Positions 27,086-41,197 of a stretch of DNA of 64,000 bases are shown in pieces (position 1 is the first letter of the stretch; each line of letters starts with the position of its first letter). Made by a program: the position numbers and the translations under genes. Source of the DNA: Octopus vulgaris (lineage: Eukaryota); assembly GCA_951406725.2 (NCBI GenBank), contig OX597818.1:101990001-102054000 (forward strand), read 5' to 3'. Under the pieces are notes generated by a model. That model ran no database searches. It saw only the letters and a list, made by a program, of their open reading frames with translations, and was not told the DNA's origin.

Positions 27086-27135
27086 ATGTGTGTGCGTGTG
27101 TGTGTCTGTGTGTGTGTGTGTGTACACATACATAC

Positions 27136-27186
<51 letters not shown>

Positions 27187-27902
27187 CATACATATATTAA
27201 TATACATTTATATACACATATATACAAGGGCAAATGTAGGTATTTATGATTGAATGTACGTGCGAATATATTTTTGTACATAAGTCTGTTTTCATAGCAA
27301 TTTATGGCAGTGTTTTCTCTTTCCCTTATTAGGTAAGTAGTGTATATCACAGCCTAGTTTTAAACGCCTCAGTATATCCACTGGATTGATTCACTAAAAG
27401 CTATTCCTAATTCTCATTCCGTTCATTTTGCTTTCCTTGGCATGATACATGGGAAGCTATAATTTTGTAACCCACTCAGAACCGGATATGAGGGGTAAAA
27501 ATTGGAGAGATATAGCTAGTAATACGTTCGGTCGATTTTACATATACCGCCATTAATATGCAGTGTATTTGTACTTAAAAGGAAACAGAGGATCACACGT
27601 GAAGGTATGCGCACGCGCATATGTGCGTTTTATTAGAATGTTAGTAGAAAGAGATAGCTAGCTATATAGTTATTTGTGAGCATACAATATGTGTGTGTGT
27701 GCGTGCGAGCGATTGTTTGTGTATGTGTATGAGTGAGTGAGCGAGTGTGTGTGTGCGCGCGTGTGTGTGTATACATAATACATGGAGAAATAGACAAATA
27801 GATATATAGATAGACAGATACACACACCTCAATCCCATACATATGTATGTATTTATCTATATATATATATTGGTATACGTATCTCTCTCCCACTCTCTCT
27901 CA

Positions 27903-27952
<50 letters not shown>

Positions 27953-28689
27953 GTGTGTGTGTGTGCGTTTGTGTGTGTGTCTGTGTCTGTGTGTGTATGT
28001 ATGTATGTAAGTTCATATGTATATATATACTGTATGCAAATATATGTTTGCGTCTTTGATTGTGTGTGTATGTCTGTTTGAGTGTGTGTGTGTGTGTGTG
28101 ATTGTATGTGTATGTGTGTGCGTGTGTGGAGTTTACGTATGTTGCAATAAAAATTAAGACATTTGTAAATGTTTCAAGCAGTTATAATAATAATCTGGTT
28201 TTAATAAAAAGAAATATATGCTGCACTAACATTTCTGCCAAGCCTTTATCATATCTACATACTGGCAAATACAGGGGTGTACAAATCATATATGCCTATA
28301 TACAAAAAGAAAAAAAAATTCATACAAACTCACATACATACACACATTCACACATGCGCGCGTGCGACACACGCATATATACGCATGCGCACGCACACAC
28401 AGGAAAACAGATATGATCGTCTATGCTTTCCTTTCATTCAGATTTTAAATTTCTTAATCCCATGAAAGTTTGTCTTTTTGTCAGACCTATAAAAATACTC
28501 ATCCGGATATTTGAAAATATCTACTCGGAAATTATGCACCAACACGGACGGTTAAATTATGAATAGGAAAGGGAAAAATGTACAACATTTAACATAATTT
28601 AAGTTTTGATAGATGCATATATATATAGGAATGTAGGCATATACTTTGATAGTGCAAAGCGAATCGAGTTTAACTCAACGGGTAGTAAG

Positions 28690-28747
28690 ATTCACTGACG
28701 AGGATTGGGATGCCATGCATCACCATTGGAAATCACGTGATATGGGT
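28690..28747 (+). ncRNA. Type I hammerhead ribozyme motif
   Basis: AUUCA|CUGACGA (28695-28701)|stem II containing GAUGC-CAU-GCAUC|GAA|AUCACGUGAU|A^UGGGU. Stem I pairs with two G-U wobbles. Confidence 0.7.
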
Positions 28748-28996
28748 ATAGCTGCATCTTCTGTAGGAAGCATTGTCTCATCACAGTAGGGAGCTTTGTC
28801 TCACTACAGTAGGGAGTTCTGTTTCATTTGTCACCTTAGTAAGTTAATGCTTTTTGTGGCTAATGAATCGTTTTTACTTTTATTTCTAGCAATGTCCGTA
28901 CAGGCATATAAATATGTGAAAGTTAGTCAGACAGTTAGATAGATTGGCAGATAGAGAGATAGATAGATAAATAGATAGATAGATAGATAGAGAGAG

Positions 28997-29102
<106 letters not shown>

Positions 29103-29372
29103 GGAAACACTCGGAAAATCTAGTTCATTGATTGTTAGGATAGACATATATACACGAAGAGGGAGAATGTGGATTAAGAGATCACAAATATGTGACGAAA
29201 GACTTCTGGCAATGGACATGAGTTATAATAAGGAGAGTAATAAACCAGTGAAGAATAAATATATAATGCATGTGTTTATTTTGGTCCCACCAAAAAAGAA
29301 ATAAAATAACCATGAGGATATATGACAATATCTGCTTCAACGCACGCTTTCACATCAAGAATCTTGCAACAC

Positions 29373-29455
<83 letters not shown>

Positions 29456-29509
29456 TAGAGAGAGAGAGAGAGAGAGATCCATATATATATATACACGCAC
29501 ACACACATA

Positions 29510-30028
<519 letters not shown>

Positions 30029-30169
30029 TGTGTGTGTTTGTGTATGTATGTGTATATATGCATATATATGTATACATTTACTGAAACAATCATGTGAGAG
30101 CTGGACAGAATGAGAGAGATATCTATATATCGTAAAGTGAGGTTGATTTTCCTATATATGGATCCATCC

Positions 30170-30219
<50 letters not shown>

Positions 30220-30235
30220 TTCATATATGTATATA

Positions 30236-30299
<64 letters not shown>

Positions 30300-30659
30300 T
30301 ATACATATAGATATATGTGTGGTGGTTTGGTGCATGTGTTTGGGTTGTACACGGTAGATAAACGTAAGGATGGAAACGAAATTTGAAAAAAGTTTAATCC
30401 TCGTTAAGTTTGTCGAAACGTATTGTTACGTATTAGAAACATACCGTTTGTGTTTATGAATAGTATGATGCATGCGCCTCCGAGTGTATGCATAGATAAA
30501 TGTAAATACAGAGACATAGTCACACACACACACACACACACACACGTACACACATACACACACATATCTGTAATAATGTTTATATGTCTATGATTATAAG
30601 TATATCTTGATATAATTATAATTATATATGTGTGTAAGTATGTATATACAGTCATGGCC

Positions 30660-30698
<39 letters not shown>

Positions 30699-31270
30699 TA
30701 TATATACTTATATATATATATATACATACGTACATACATGCATACATACATACATACATACATACATACATACATACATACATACATACATACATACATA
30801 CATACATACATACATACAGGCATTTGCTGTGCTGTAGGAATTGTGCTCAATGACACGTTTCCGAGTTCAGTCCCGCTGCATGTAAAACCTGGGTAAGTAC
30901 CTTCGGTTATTGATCCTTTTGAACAAAATTCCTGTGTAGGCATTTGCTAGATAATAACTAAAAGCCGTTCACAGTCACTTGGCAACTGCTGTTGGGTTTC
31001 TTATATTCGCGTAAATAGCGCATCGCCAAACATATACCGATATAATAAATACTATGTGTTAATACATATTACGTATGGGGTATGATTTATCTTACTAAAC
31101 GCTTGAAGGCGGTGCCCCAGCATATGAGGAGTGCATACACATGCGCGTGTGTGTGCGTGTGTGTGTGTGTATGTGAGTGTGTGTATGTATGAATGTGTGT
31201 TTGTACGTGTGAATGTGTCTGTCTGTATGTATATATGGTGTTCTCTGCTAACATGAAACTTGCTCCGATG

Positions 31271-31359
<89 letters not shown>

Positions 31360-31384
31360 GATAAGAGTAAATAATTTCTTACAT

Positions 31385-31448
<64 letters not shown>

Positions 31449-31744
31449 CCTATGAAATAGTTATATGGATGTGAATGTGGGGTCTGTTCAAGTTAATAGT
31501 TTTTTTTTTCTTTCCTTGGTACGTATAGTAACAAACTTTCATTTAGGCGTGTAGAAAGTAACTAATGAAAACCTGCCTTGGATGTGGTATGAGGGGCACA
31601 CAAGTGTGTTTGCGTGTGTGTATGTGTGTCCGAATTTGTGAGTGTATGTGTATGTCTACGTGTATGCGCGTAACACAGAGAGAGAAGAAAAGAAAGAGAG
31701 AGAGAGAAGAAAAGAAAGAGAGAGAGAGAGAGTGAGTGAGTGAG

Positions 31745-31793
<49 letters not shown>

Positions 31794-32094
31794 TAGAGAA
31801 AAATGAAACCCACAGGAATATAAAACCGAAAATGTTATACAGTGAAAGGTTGTAAACGAGTGGTGAAAATACGGACATTCGAAAATGCAGCGGGAGAGAA
31901 TGAAAATACAACTTAAGAGAATGAGAGAGTAAAGACCGAACGAAGGAAAATGAGTTCAGAGAAATATAGTGTCTGATGTGTGTAAGAGGGGGGATGCACG
32001 CGCGCTATGTGTCGAGCCTGTGTGCGTGTGCGTGCGCATGCGTATATGTATGCGTATGTATACAGATATATCGTTACGGTATATTCTCCCTTAC

Positions 32095-32163
32095 CTGATA
32101 TCATATCCATTAGAAAACTCATATTCGTCGCTACAGTTGTATTAGTAAACATACGATCCGTTC
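32095..32163 (-). CDS. Candidate 69-nt coding exon of an unidentified host gene (TDRMFTNTTVATNMSFLMDMIS)
   Basis: Polypyrimidine tract + AAG acceptor, consensus donor CAG|GTAAG, open phase 1-1 frame. No homology recognised. Confidence 0.25.
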
Positions 32164-32524
32164 CTTGACAAGAATACAGAAAACAAAAGACAAAAATATT
32201 TGACGATTTGTTTTTGTTGTTTTTTTTTTATTTTTAATATTCGTAGACATTCCAATCTGTTAAAAAAGAGCAACTCGTCCGCAACAGGCCACATAATTAA
32301 AATTAATAGCAATAACTATAACAGTTACGGTATATTTCTTCCTATTATTTATATATTTATTTGTCGTTGTTTTTCATTATTTTTAATATTACGACGTCTT
32401 ATATTCGATGGCTGAAATTTTTTATGTTTAATTTTGATATTTTCCTTTCCGTTTAAGATTCTTGGCAACACACATGTTTTCTTCACTTCCTTTTACGTTT
32501 CTTTAAGTAACAATTATATCTTAC

Positions 32525-32591
32525 TTGTGATTACATCGCTGCTGTTATAATAACTTTCCCTATACTCTGCCTCTCCATAAACTTCTGACAT
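32525..32591 (-). CDS. Candidate first coding exon (MSEVYGEAEYRESYYNSSDVIT)
   Basis: ATG at 32591 and donor CAA|GTAAGA in phase 1, compatible with the 32095-32163 candidate. No homology recognised. Confidence 0.2.
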
Positions 32592-33100
32592 TATAAGTTT
32601 GTTGTACTGCTTTTCCTTCTTGTGGTATTTTTTCTTATAATAAACATGCATGATTACATACAAACGTATCAACACACAGGAACACACACACACACTCACA
32701 CGTATACACGCGCGTGGGTGCGGATTCTAACACACACATAGGCACACACACGAGAACACACATACACAAAGACATGCGAAAATACACACAGTTGCACGAA
32801 CAAAAATATGCGCCTCAATACACTTTGTTTCCATTCCACTACTTACCGAAGTGTGTGTATATATGTTTGTGTTTTATGTACATATACTTTTATAGTTACA
32901 AAAAAGTATACATTGATATACGTGTGTGTATGTGTTTGTGTATATATATACATATATACATTTACATATGCGTATACATATATATACATACATATGTCAA
33001 TGTATATTTGTACATACGTATCTCTCTCTCCCTCTCTCTCTCTATATATATATAAATATATAATTGCGTATATACCTATATATGTAAATGTATGTATATC

Positions 33101-33150
<50 letters not shown>

Positions 33151-33155
33151 TATAC

Positions 33156-33241
<86 letters not shown>

Positions 33242-33290
33242 GAACCTTCAGATTTCAATATGCTAGACCACTCGTTTTAAATTTATATAT

Positions 33291-33343
<53 letters not shown>

Positions 33344-34194
33344 AACACACATTTATATATGAACATGTATAAAGAAAGCTATACATAAATATTATGTGTA
33401 CACACATACATATAGAATTTCGAGTTTGTTCCATAGTTTCTCCGTGGTGTAATACTAAATCTCCGTAACGAAATCACGTTTTGCCCCATTGACACGTGGG
33501 TATTAAAACTTCCAATGCATATAAAAATCCAACTGACACAAAAGTTATATTAAAACCAGCATTATAATATTTATATAATATTCATTTATAGTTACGTTAT
33601 AAACTTCCGATATAATCATATACTGCGCCTTAGATTTTTTTTTCTTCCTTTTTTTTTTTTGCTTTCTCTTATATGATAATGTTTGCATATAAGTTTATAG
33701 CTCAGCATTTCAATGCCTGCTACTTAGAAACGGTGCCTTTTCTTTTTAAAGTCCTATTCCGTCACGTGTGTAATGTTTCTTCTTACTTGCATATTTTCTC
33801 TATTAAGCAGCCTTAGAGATACGTCCATACATACATACATATATACACATATACAGACATACATAAATACACGCGTGCCTGTATATGTATATTCAGAATC
33901 ATACACAATAATACACTACACATACATCAATTTTTAGATAAACATTCATAGATATACAAGCACAAACAAACTTATATATGTATATATGTATATACATGTA
34001 TATTAACATAAAAGTATGCATGTCTATATTAATAAAAGTGTCTCTGTTTCTCTCTCTCTCTATATATATATATGTGTGTGTATATATATATGTGCGTGTG
34101 TGTCAATATATACATATATATATATGTGCGTGTATATAGATGTATGCCTATATATACAGATATATAGATACATATATATATATACACGCACGCA

Positions 34195-34234
<40 letters not shown>

Positions 34235-34264
34235 CACACACATTATATACAAACATACATACTT

Positions 34265-34307
<43 letters not shown>

Positions 34308-34367
34308 AACCTATATACATATATAAATTCATATATATATATATATATATGTATGTATATGTATATG

Positions 34368-34398
<31 letters not shown>

Positions 34399-34443
34399 GT
34401 ACGTATATGTATATTTGTATGTATGTATGTATGCATGTATGTA

Positions 34444-34487
<44 letters not shown>

Positions 34488-35586
34488 GGCGTGGTACATG
34501 TACGTGACTGGTAGGACGAACTGCTGATGGTTGAACATAACTGTTTCCGTAATTTTATAACTCTCATTGTTTTTTTAAGTCTCATCTAATAAAAAATTCG
34601 CTTTGTAAATTTTAAAACCGCTCTTCCACGAACATTAACATTACAAACAACACTACTGGCATTTAAGTTAATATAACTGTTCAGGGTCTGATTTAGTTTT
34701 ATCAAGTTTTATCAAGTTCTTTCCTGTAAATATAAATATATCTCATTTACTTTCTCCTCTACTAAGTTTCGTCCGCCCCTTCCCTTTCAGTAATTATCTA
34801 TAAAATATATTCATATTTTATCTACACTATATCAGAGGTTGGTATTTTTAAATATGTAAATATTGCATATTGAGAAATGTTAGCACGACGTGCATTTAAA
34901 CGTAAATATTATTGCCGTTGCTGCTGATATAATTTCGTAGCAGACTATCGTTGGAGTAACAAAGCGAACCCCAAAATAATTTCAGGAATGTCGAAATTGA
35001 TATTTCTCGTAATGATTTCATTTCATTTGCTATAGAATTTCATTTTTTTTTCTTTAAAATTATGTCCATCAGCTTATTCATGTAATTTGGTTGCTATTTC
35101 TGCAGCTGAGAGCGATCGCACATTGTAGCCTTCATCTCTACAGCACTTCTTTATGTTTAGAGTGCTGTTCTAACACGCGCGTGTGTATGTGTGTTTGTCT
35201 GTGTACGTGTGTCTGTGCGTGTATATATGTGTATGTATTTACTGTGCGTGCTCGATGTCGTTCTGTTTGTTTATACAATAAATTCCCTCTCTCAAGCGGA
35301 GCTGTTACACGCTGCATTCATAATGATAACAGCATTGTTTGCCGTTTCGCTTCTAGCGTTTCCATTGGTGGTCTCGCTCTGACCGGCATTAGCGGGAATG
35401 ACAACAGCAGCAACTACAGCAGCAGGAACGGTATAATAACAACAGCTAGAGCGACACCCCCTACCACCAATATCAATAACAGCACCATCACCACCACCAC
35501 CACCAACATCAATACCAACACCACCACCACCACCACCACCACCACCACTAACATCATCATCATCGTCGACAACAAATACAACTAGT

Positions 35587-35760
35587 GAGGCGCAATGGCG
35601 CAAGTGGTTAGGGCAGCCGTAAGAACGCGGTTTCGATTCCTAGACCGGGGATTGTGAGTGTTTATTGAGCGAAAACACCTAAGCTCCATGAGGCTCCGGC
35701 GGGTGGTGGGAGGGGTGAACCTCGCTGTACTCTTTCACCATAACTTTCTCTCACTCTTCT
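35587..35760 (+). mobile_element. tRNA-derived SINE S1, 3'-truncated
   Basis: GAGGCGCAATGGCGCAAGTGGTTAGGGCAG...GGTTTCGATTCCTAGACCGGG...ttattgagcgaaaacacctaa. Confidence 0.8.
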
Positions 35761-36031
35761 GCTACAAGTGTTTACCACACTATGGTGTGGTAAACTTTCA
35801 GATTCTAGTCTAGATTGCGAATCCCCTGTACCCCAGGATGGTTCAGCTCTCCACCCGTTAAAAGCCAACGTTTACGGAATGAGAATGACAACGTAGCTTT
35901 CGCGCCCGTGCAATCGCCAGTCTATCACATGTGGTGGGTGGATTTTCAAGTTGCTACACGCATTCTTAGTAGCTTAGAGTAGGCTCGAATTAGAGATTAT
36001 TCTATGTGGCTAATGGCGTGAGTCCAGGTTA

Positions 36032-36067
36032 GAAGAAGAAGAAGAAGAAGAAGAAGAAGAAGAAGAA

Positions 36068-36099
<32 letters not shown>

Positions 36100-36106
36100 A
36101 GAAGAA
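36032..36106. repeat. (GAA)n microsatellite
   Basis: Near-perfect GAA run. Confidence 0.95.
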
Positions 36107-36409
36107 GACAACTCGTCACACAAAATAAATGGTGTCATTTTGTCCGTCTCTACTACCTGATTTCAAATTAGACCGAAGTTGACTTTGCATTTCATCCTTC
36201 AGCGTCGATAAAACATGCAGCAGTTGAACACTGGTGTTAATGTAAAACCCTTACCCACTCTCCTAAAACTTGTTGGCCTAGTTTCGGGTCGATAAAATAA
36301 GTACTATTTGAGTACCGAAGTGGATGGAATCGCTTATCTCCCTTTCCTCCAAATTCCAGTCCTTTTGCCTATAAAAGAAATTATTATCATTATTATTATT
36401 ATTATTTTT

Positions 36410-36478
<69 letters not shown>

Positions 36479-36483
36479 TATTA

Positions 36484-36680
36484 AGACGGTGAGCTTGCAG
36501 AAACAGTAACACACCGGGCGAAATGCTTAGCGGTGTTTCGTCTGCCGTTAAGTTCTGAGTTCAAATTCCGCCCAGGTCCACTTTGCCTTTCATCTTTTCG
36601 GGGTCCATAAATTAAGTACTGGTGAAATTCTGGATTCGATGAAATCGACTATCCCCCTCCCCAAAAGTTTCGTGCCTTAC
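36484..36680 (+). mobile_element. SINE family S3 (tRNA-like head + Nin/Deu-like central domain)
   Basis: gagcttgcagaaac...ctgagttcaaattccgcc...gcctttcatcttttcggggtc.ataaattaagtac. Confidence 0.75.
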
Positions 36681-37054
36681 TCTTTCACTTGTTTCAGTCT
36701 TTGACTGTGGCCATGCTGGAGCACCGCCTTTGGTCGAGGAAATCGACCACGGGACTTATTCTTTGTAAGCCTAGTACTTATTCTATCGGTTCCTTATGCC
36801 GAACCCCTAACTTACGGGCACGTAAACTCACCAGCATCGATTGCCAAGCGATGTTGGGGGACAAAAACAAACACACAAACATATATATATATATACATAT
36901 ATACGACGGGCTTCTTTCAGTTTCCGTCTACGAAATCCACTCAATGAGGTTTTGGTCGGCCCAATGCTATTCTAGAAGACACTTGCCTAAGGTGCTACGC
37001 GGTGGGACTGAACCCGGAACCATGTGGTTCGTAAGTAAGCCCACTCCTACGCCT
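36681..37054 (-). mobile_element. tRNA-derived SINE family S2
   Basis: Reverse complement is collinear with 57737-58310. Confidence 0.85.
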
Positions 37055-37097
37055 TGTGTATATAACAGAAATTATTATTATTATTATTATTATTATT

Positions 37098-37757
37098 CAG
37101 TAGTTTTATTTTTATTTTTATAGCGTGCTTTCACTTCACTACCGAGCGCAGCTCTGTGTGCCTTGGGTATGTGCTGTGATTTGTTGTGATGCTCTGATGG
37201 TTATTGTATGGAAAGTGTTCTGCGTAGGATGTGGGCAGTGCCTAGTAGTGCAATTTTCTGTATGTTATATGTGTTTGTAAGTCCTGGTGTTTTTGTTATG
37301 TATTTGTCTGAATATTTTTTTATCATGCCTAATGCACCTACTATGATAGGAATTGTTTCTGTTTTCAGATTCCACATTCTAGTTACCTCTATTTCCAGGT
37401 CTTTGTATTTTGAGAGTTTCTCCATTTCTTTTAGAGAAACGTTGTCATCTGCCGGTATTGATACATCAATTAAAAAGCATTTTTTTTCTTCATGATCTCT
37501 GACAACTATATCTGGTCTGTTGGCCTTAATTTCTCTATCTGTGTGTATCGGCATATCCCAGAGTATGGTTGCTTTCTCGTTTTCTGTGACCTTTTCTGGT
37601 GTGTGCCTATACCATCTTTTTTCTGTTGTTATTCCATAATGTTGGCATAGCTTCCAATGTATGTAGGTTCCAACTCTGTCATGTCTGTGAATATATTCCT
37701 TCTTAGCCAGGACTGGGCAGCTAGAGATAATATGATTTATTGTTTCTTGTCTATCTC

Positions 37758-37759
<2 letters not shown>
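37098..37759 (-). mobile_element. Young 3' fragment of an R4/Dong-type element (intact REL motif) inserted in (TTA)n
   Basis: ORF 37201-37554: NRPDIVVRD...FLIDVSIPADDN...KEMEKLSKY...ALLGTAHILRRTLSIQ*. (TTA)n on both flanks. Confidence 0.9.
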
Positions 37760-37813
<54 letters not shown>

Positions 37814-37937
37814 TTATTATTATCATTATTATTATTATTATTATTAATATTATTAATAATATTATTATTATCATTACTATTATTATTACTATTATTATTA
37901 TTATTATTACTATTATTATTATTATTATTATTATTAT

Positions 37938-37976
<39 letters not shown>

Positions 37977-37977
37977 C

Positions 37978-38026
<49 letters not shown>

Positions 38027-38093
38027 AGACGAGGAGGAAGTGGAGAAGAAGGTGCGAGCTTGATGGCGATGGTGGAGACTGTGGTGGTCGTGG

Positions 38094-38149
<56 letters not shown>

Positions 38150-38150
38150 A
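37760..38150. repeat. Compound (TTA)n-(TAG)n...(CTA)n microsatellite
   Basis: Direct reading. Confidence 0.9.
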
Positions 38151-38401
38151 CTTTTATTTGTCACAATCAACGGACTGTAGTCTTGTTTGGATACTGCTCA
38201 GAGGAGTTTAGATAAATATCTCGATATACGTTGTTTTTTTCTTTTGAAAGTCTGATATATATTGCTTTTTATCGGTCTTTTTTCTCTAGCCGCAAAGATT
38301 TTGAAATATAAACAAGCCAACGCTAGTTTTCATGCGCTCTTCGGAGAGAAAAACAAACATAAAAACAGCCATATTTATATACACACACAGACACACACAG
38401 A

Positions 38402-38458
<57 letters not shown>

Positions 38459-38631
38459 GTTCTTTCTCTCATTCAATCTCACGCACACGCACACACCCTC
38501 ATATGCCACGGGTTTCAGTATCCATCTACCGTATCCAATTACAGGTTTTGGGTCTTTTCCCCTTGCTATTTTAAAAGACATTTGCCCAAGCTGAGACGCA
38601 CTTGGACTAATTCTAGAACATTTGGGTTGGG

Positions 38632-38860
38632 AAGCAGCTGGCAGAATTGTTAGCACGCCGGGCGAAATGCTTAGCGATGTTTCGTCTACCGTTACGTTCT
38701 GAGTTCAAATTCCGCCGAGGTTGACTTTGCATTTCATCCTTTTGGGACCGATTGAATAAGTACCAGTTACGCACTGGTGTTGATATAATCGAATTAATCC
38801 CTATGCCTGTCCTTGTTTGTCCCCTTTATGTTTAGACTCCTGTGGGCAATAAAAAAATAT
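38632..38860 (+). mobile_element. SINE family S3, near full length
   Basis: agctggcagaattgttagcacgccgggcgaaatgcttagcg...gagttcaaattccgccgagg...taagtaccagttacgcactgg. Confidence 0.8.
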
Positions 38861-38989
38861 ATTGGTTTGGGTAGCAAGCTTCATTTAAGACAACCAAAAG
38901 TTCTCGTTGTTGTTCTTGCTGTTGCTGTCGATACCGTTTTTGTTGTAGTTCTCATTGTTGTTGTTGTTGTCGTTGTTACTCTTTTTTTT

Positions 38990-39383
38990 AAATGTTTCAA
39001 TGATTTGACTGTGGCCATTCTGGAACACCGCCTTTAGTCGAGCAAATCGACCCCAAGACTTATACTTTGTAAGTCTAGTACTTATTCTATCGGTCTCTTT
39101 TGCCGAACAGCTAAGTTGCGGGGGACATAAACGCACAGCATCGGCTGTCAAGTGATGTTGGAGGGAAGAAACACAGACAGACAAACATGCACACACACAC
39201 ATATATATATATACATATATACGACAGGCTTCTTTCAGTTTCTGTCTACCAAATACACTCACAAGGCTTTGTCTCGAGGCTATAATAGAAGACACTTGCT
39301 GAAGGTGCCAGGCAGTGGAACTGAACCCGGGACCATGTGGCTGGTAAGCAAGCTACTTACCCACACAGCCACTCCTACGCCTA
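38990..39383 (-). mobile_element. tRNA-derived SINE family S2, full length
   Basis: Minus-strand head GGCGTAGGAGTGGCTGTGTGGGTAAGTAG...CCGGGTTCAGTTCC. Confidence 0.85.
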
Positions 39384-39473
39384 TAATTAGTGATGCAATT
39401 AGGACTGGCAGTATCAGCAGCATCAACAGCCACATCAGTAGTAGTAGTAGTAGTGGTAGTAGTAGTAGTAGTT

Positions 39474-39528
<55 letters not shown>

Positions 39529-39880
39529 CGGCAGCAGCATCAGCAGCAATAATATCAGTAACGGCAGTAGCAGCAGCAGATGAAGCAGCAGGTGCATAAG
39601 CAAACAATTGATTCTTTATATAAATTTTTTAAATATAAAATTGTATTTTCTAAATTTATTCTGATTTACGGTTTTAAGAATGTTGATATTTACAGTATTT
39701 CCTTTTATTTGTTTTGTTTTGCATATGATTTAGCATAGGTTTATATGAAGAAAACATCAATGATTTTGCAAACAATAACGATGTAACTGGATTTCGTTCA
39801 CATCTGCCAATCTTACTTTTTGATGCTCGCTGCAAAACACACTCACACACACACACACTCACACACACACACATATATGT

Positions 39881-39961
<81 letters not shown>

Positions 39962-39962
39962 T

Positions 39963-40403
39963 ATAAATCAAAAGAATGGAGTCGAACGAAGATTTTAACA
40001 AAATTCCTTTACTTTCGACACATGTTTCGAAGACTGCATATTCTTAATTGTGACCGCAGTCACAATGTAGGCAGTCATCAAAAAGTTTTTGTTCGTCGTG
40101 AGGCTGATAGAGGCTCCTTGTCTCTCCTGAAGAGAAGACGGCATAATGCAGACTTTATTCCTTCGGAATTAAGAATATGCAGTCTTCGAAACATGTGTCG
40201 AAAGTAAAGGTATTTTGTTAAAATCTTCGTTCGACTCCATTCTTTTCATTTATTCATATATAAAAAAAAACACACAAATTTCCACACAGGAACACGGGGT
40301 TTTGCCCTTGGCATGTTGCTTCAAACGTGTTTTCTGACGTGAATTTGCTACCCAGGTATCGATTAACAAAATTATCCATACTAGAATAATCCATTCACCT
40401 ACT

Positions 40404-40410
<7 letters not shown>
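39963..40410 (+). mobile_element. Fold-back (inverted pLTR-like) non-coding element in (TA)n with hammerhead
   Basis: 87-bp inverted repeat 39963-40049 / 40167-40253 (2 mismatches), (TA)n flanks, HHR at 40122-40204. Confidence 0.8.
40122..40204 (+). ncRNA. Type I hammerhead ribozyme with canonical core and extended stem II
   Basis: CUCUC|CUGAAGA (40127-40133)|GAAGACGGCAUA...UAUGCAGUCUUC|GAA|AC-AUGU-GU|C^GAAAG. GUC triplet at 40197-40199. Confidence 0.8.
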
Positions 40411-40464
<54 letters not shown>

Positions 40465-40519
40465 TGACTAGTCCACTCCTGTAAAATTTGGCGCCCTGTG
40501 CCTAGAGTATAAAAGTATA

Positions 40520-40560
<41 letters not shown>

Positions 40561-40562
<2 letters not shown>

Positions 40563-41197
40563 GCAAGTTGTATGTGAAATCACGGTGATACAGAACTAAA
40601 TTCATTTTTTAAATGTCTTGCTTTGAAAAACTGCATTTGGGTATGATTAGTATAATTTTGGTAGTAATGACTTTGTCCCTCCTAGTGTGAGGCATTTATG
40701 TGTAATAATGCCCTCTATACAATATAGATATAATTAATTTGTTCAAAAGGAAAAATTATTTTCGGATTCTTTTCTTTTATGAGGTTTTCACGCTATCTAC
40801 CCGATAATTTCTTGTTAAGATCCCTTATTAAGAGATTATCCTTAATTGTTAAACTTATTCCGAAATACTTTTCATTACCCGACATGCAGTTCGTAAAAAG
40901 CCCGCCATTTACCGGATATATGATTTATAAACATTCCATGTGCTTGGCCGGAGTGAGCAGTTGTCTGTTCGTCTTCGCTACGTAAGGTTGGTAGTTTATT
41001 TATGATGTGTTCAGAATCAGTTCTGCTGACGATCATTAGACGCAAGTTGTATGTGAAATCACGGTGATACAGAACTAAATTCATTTTTTAAATGTCTTGC
41101 TTTGAAAAACTGCATTTGGGTATGATTAGTATAATTTTGGTAGTAATGACTTTGGCCCTCCTAGTGTGAGGCATTTATGTGTAATAATGCCCTCTAT

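Noticed and set aside
37657-39607. Poly-I/S/L/T/V ORFs (also 19296, 21230, 35091, 55533)
   Set aside because: Trinucleotide microsatellite read-through.
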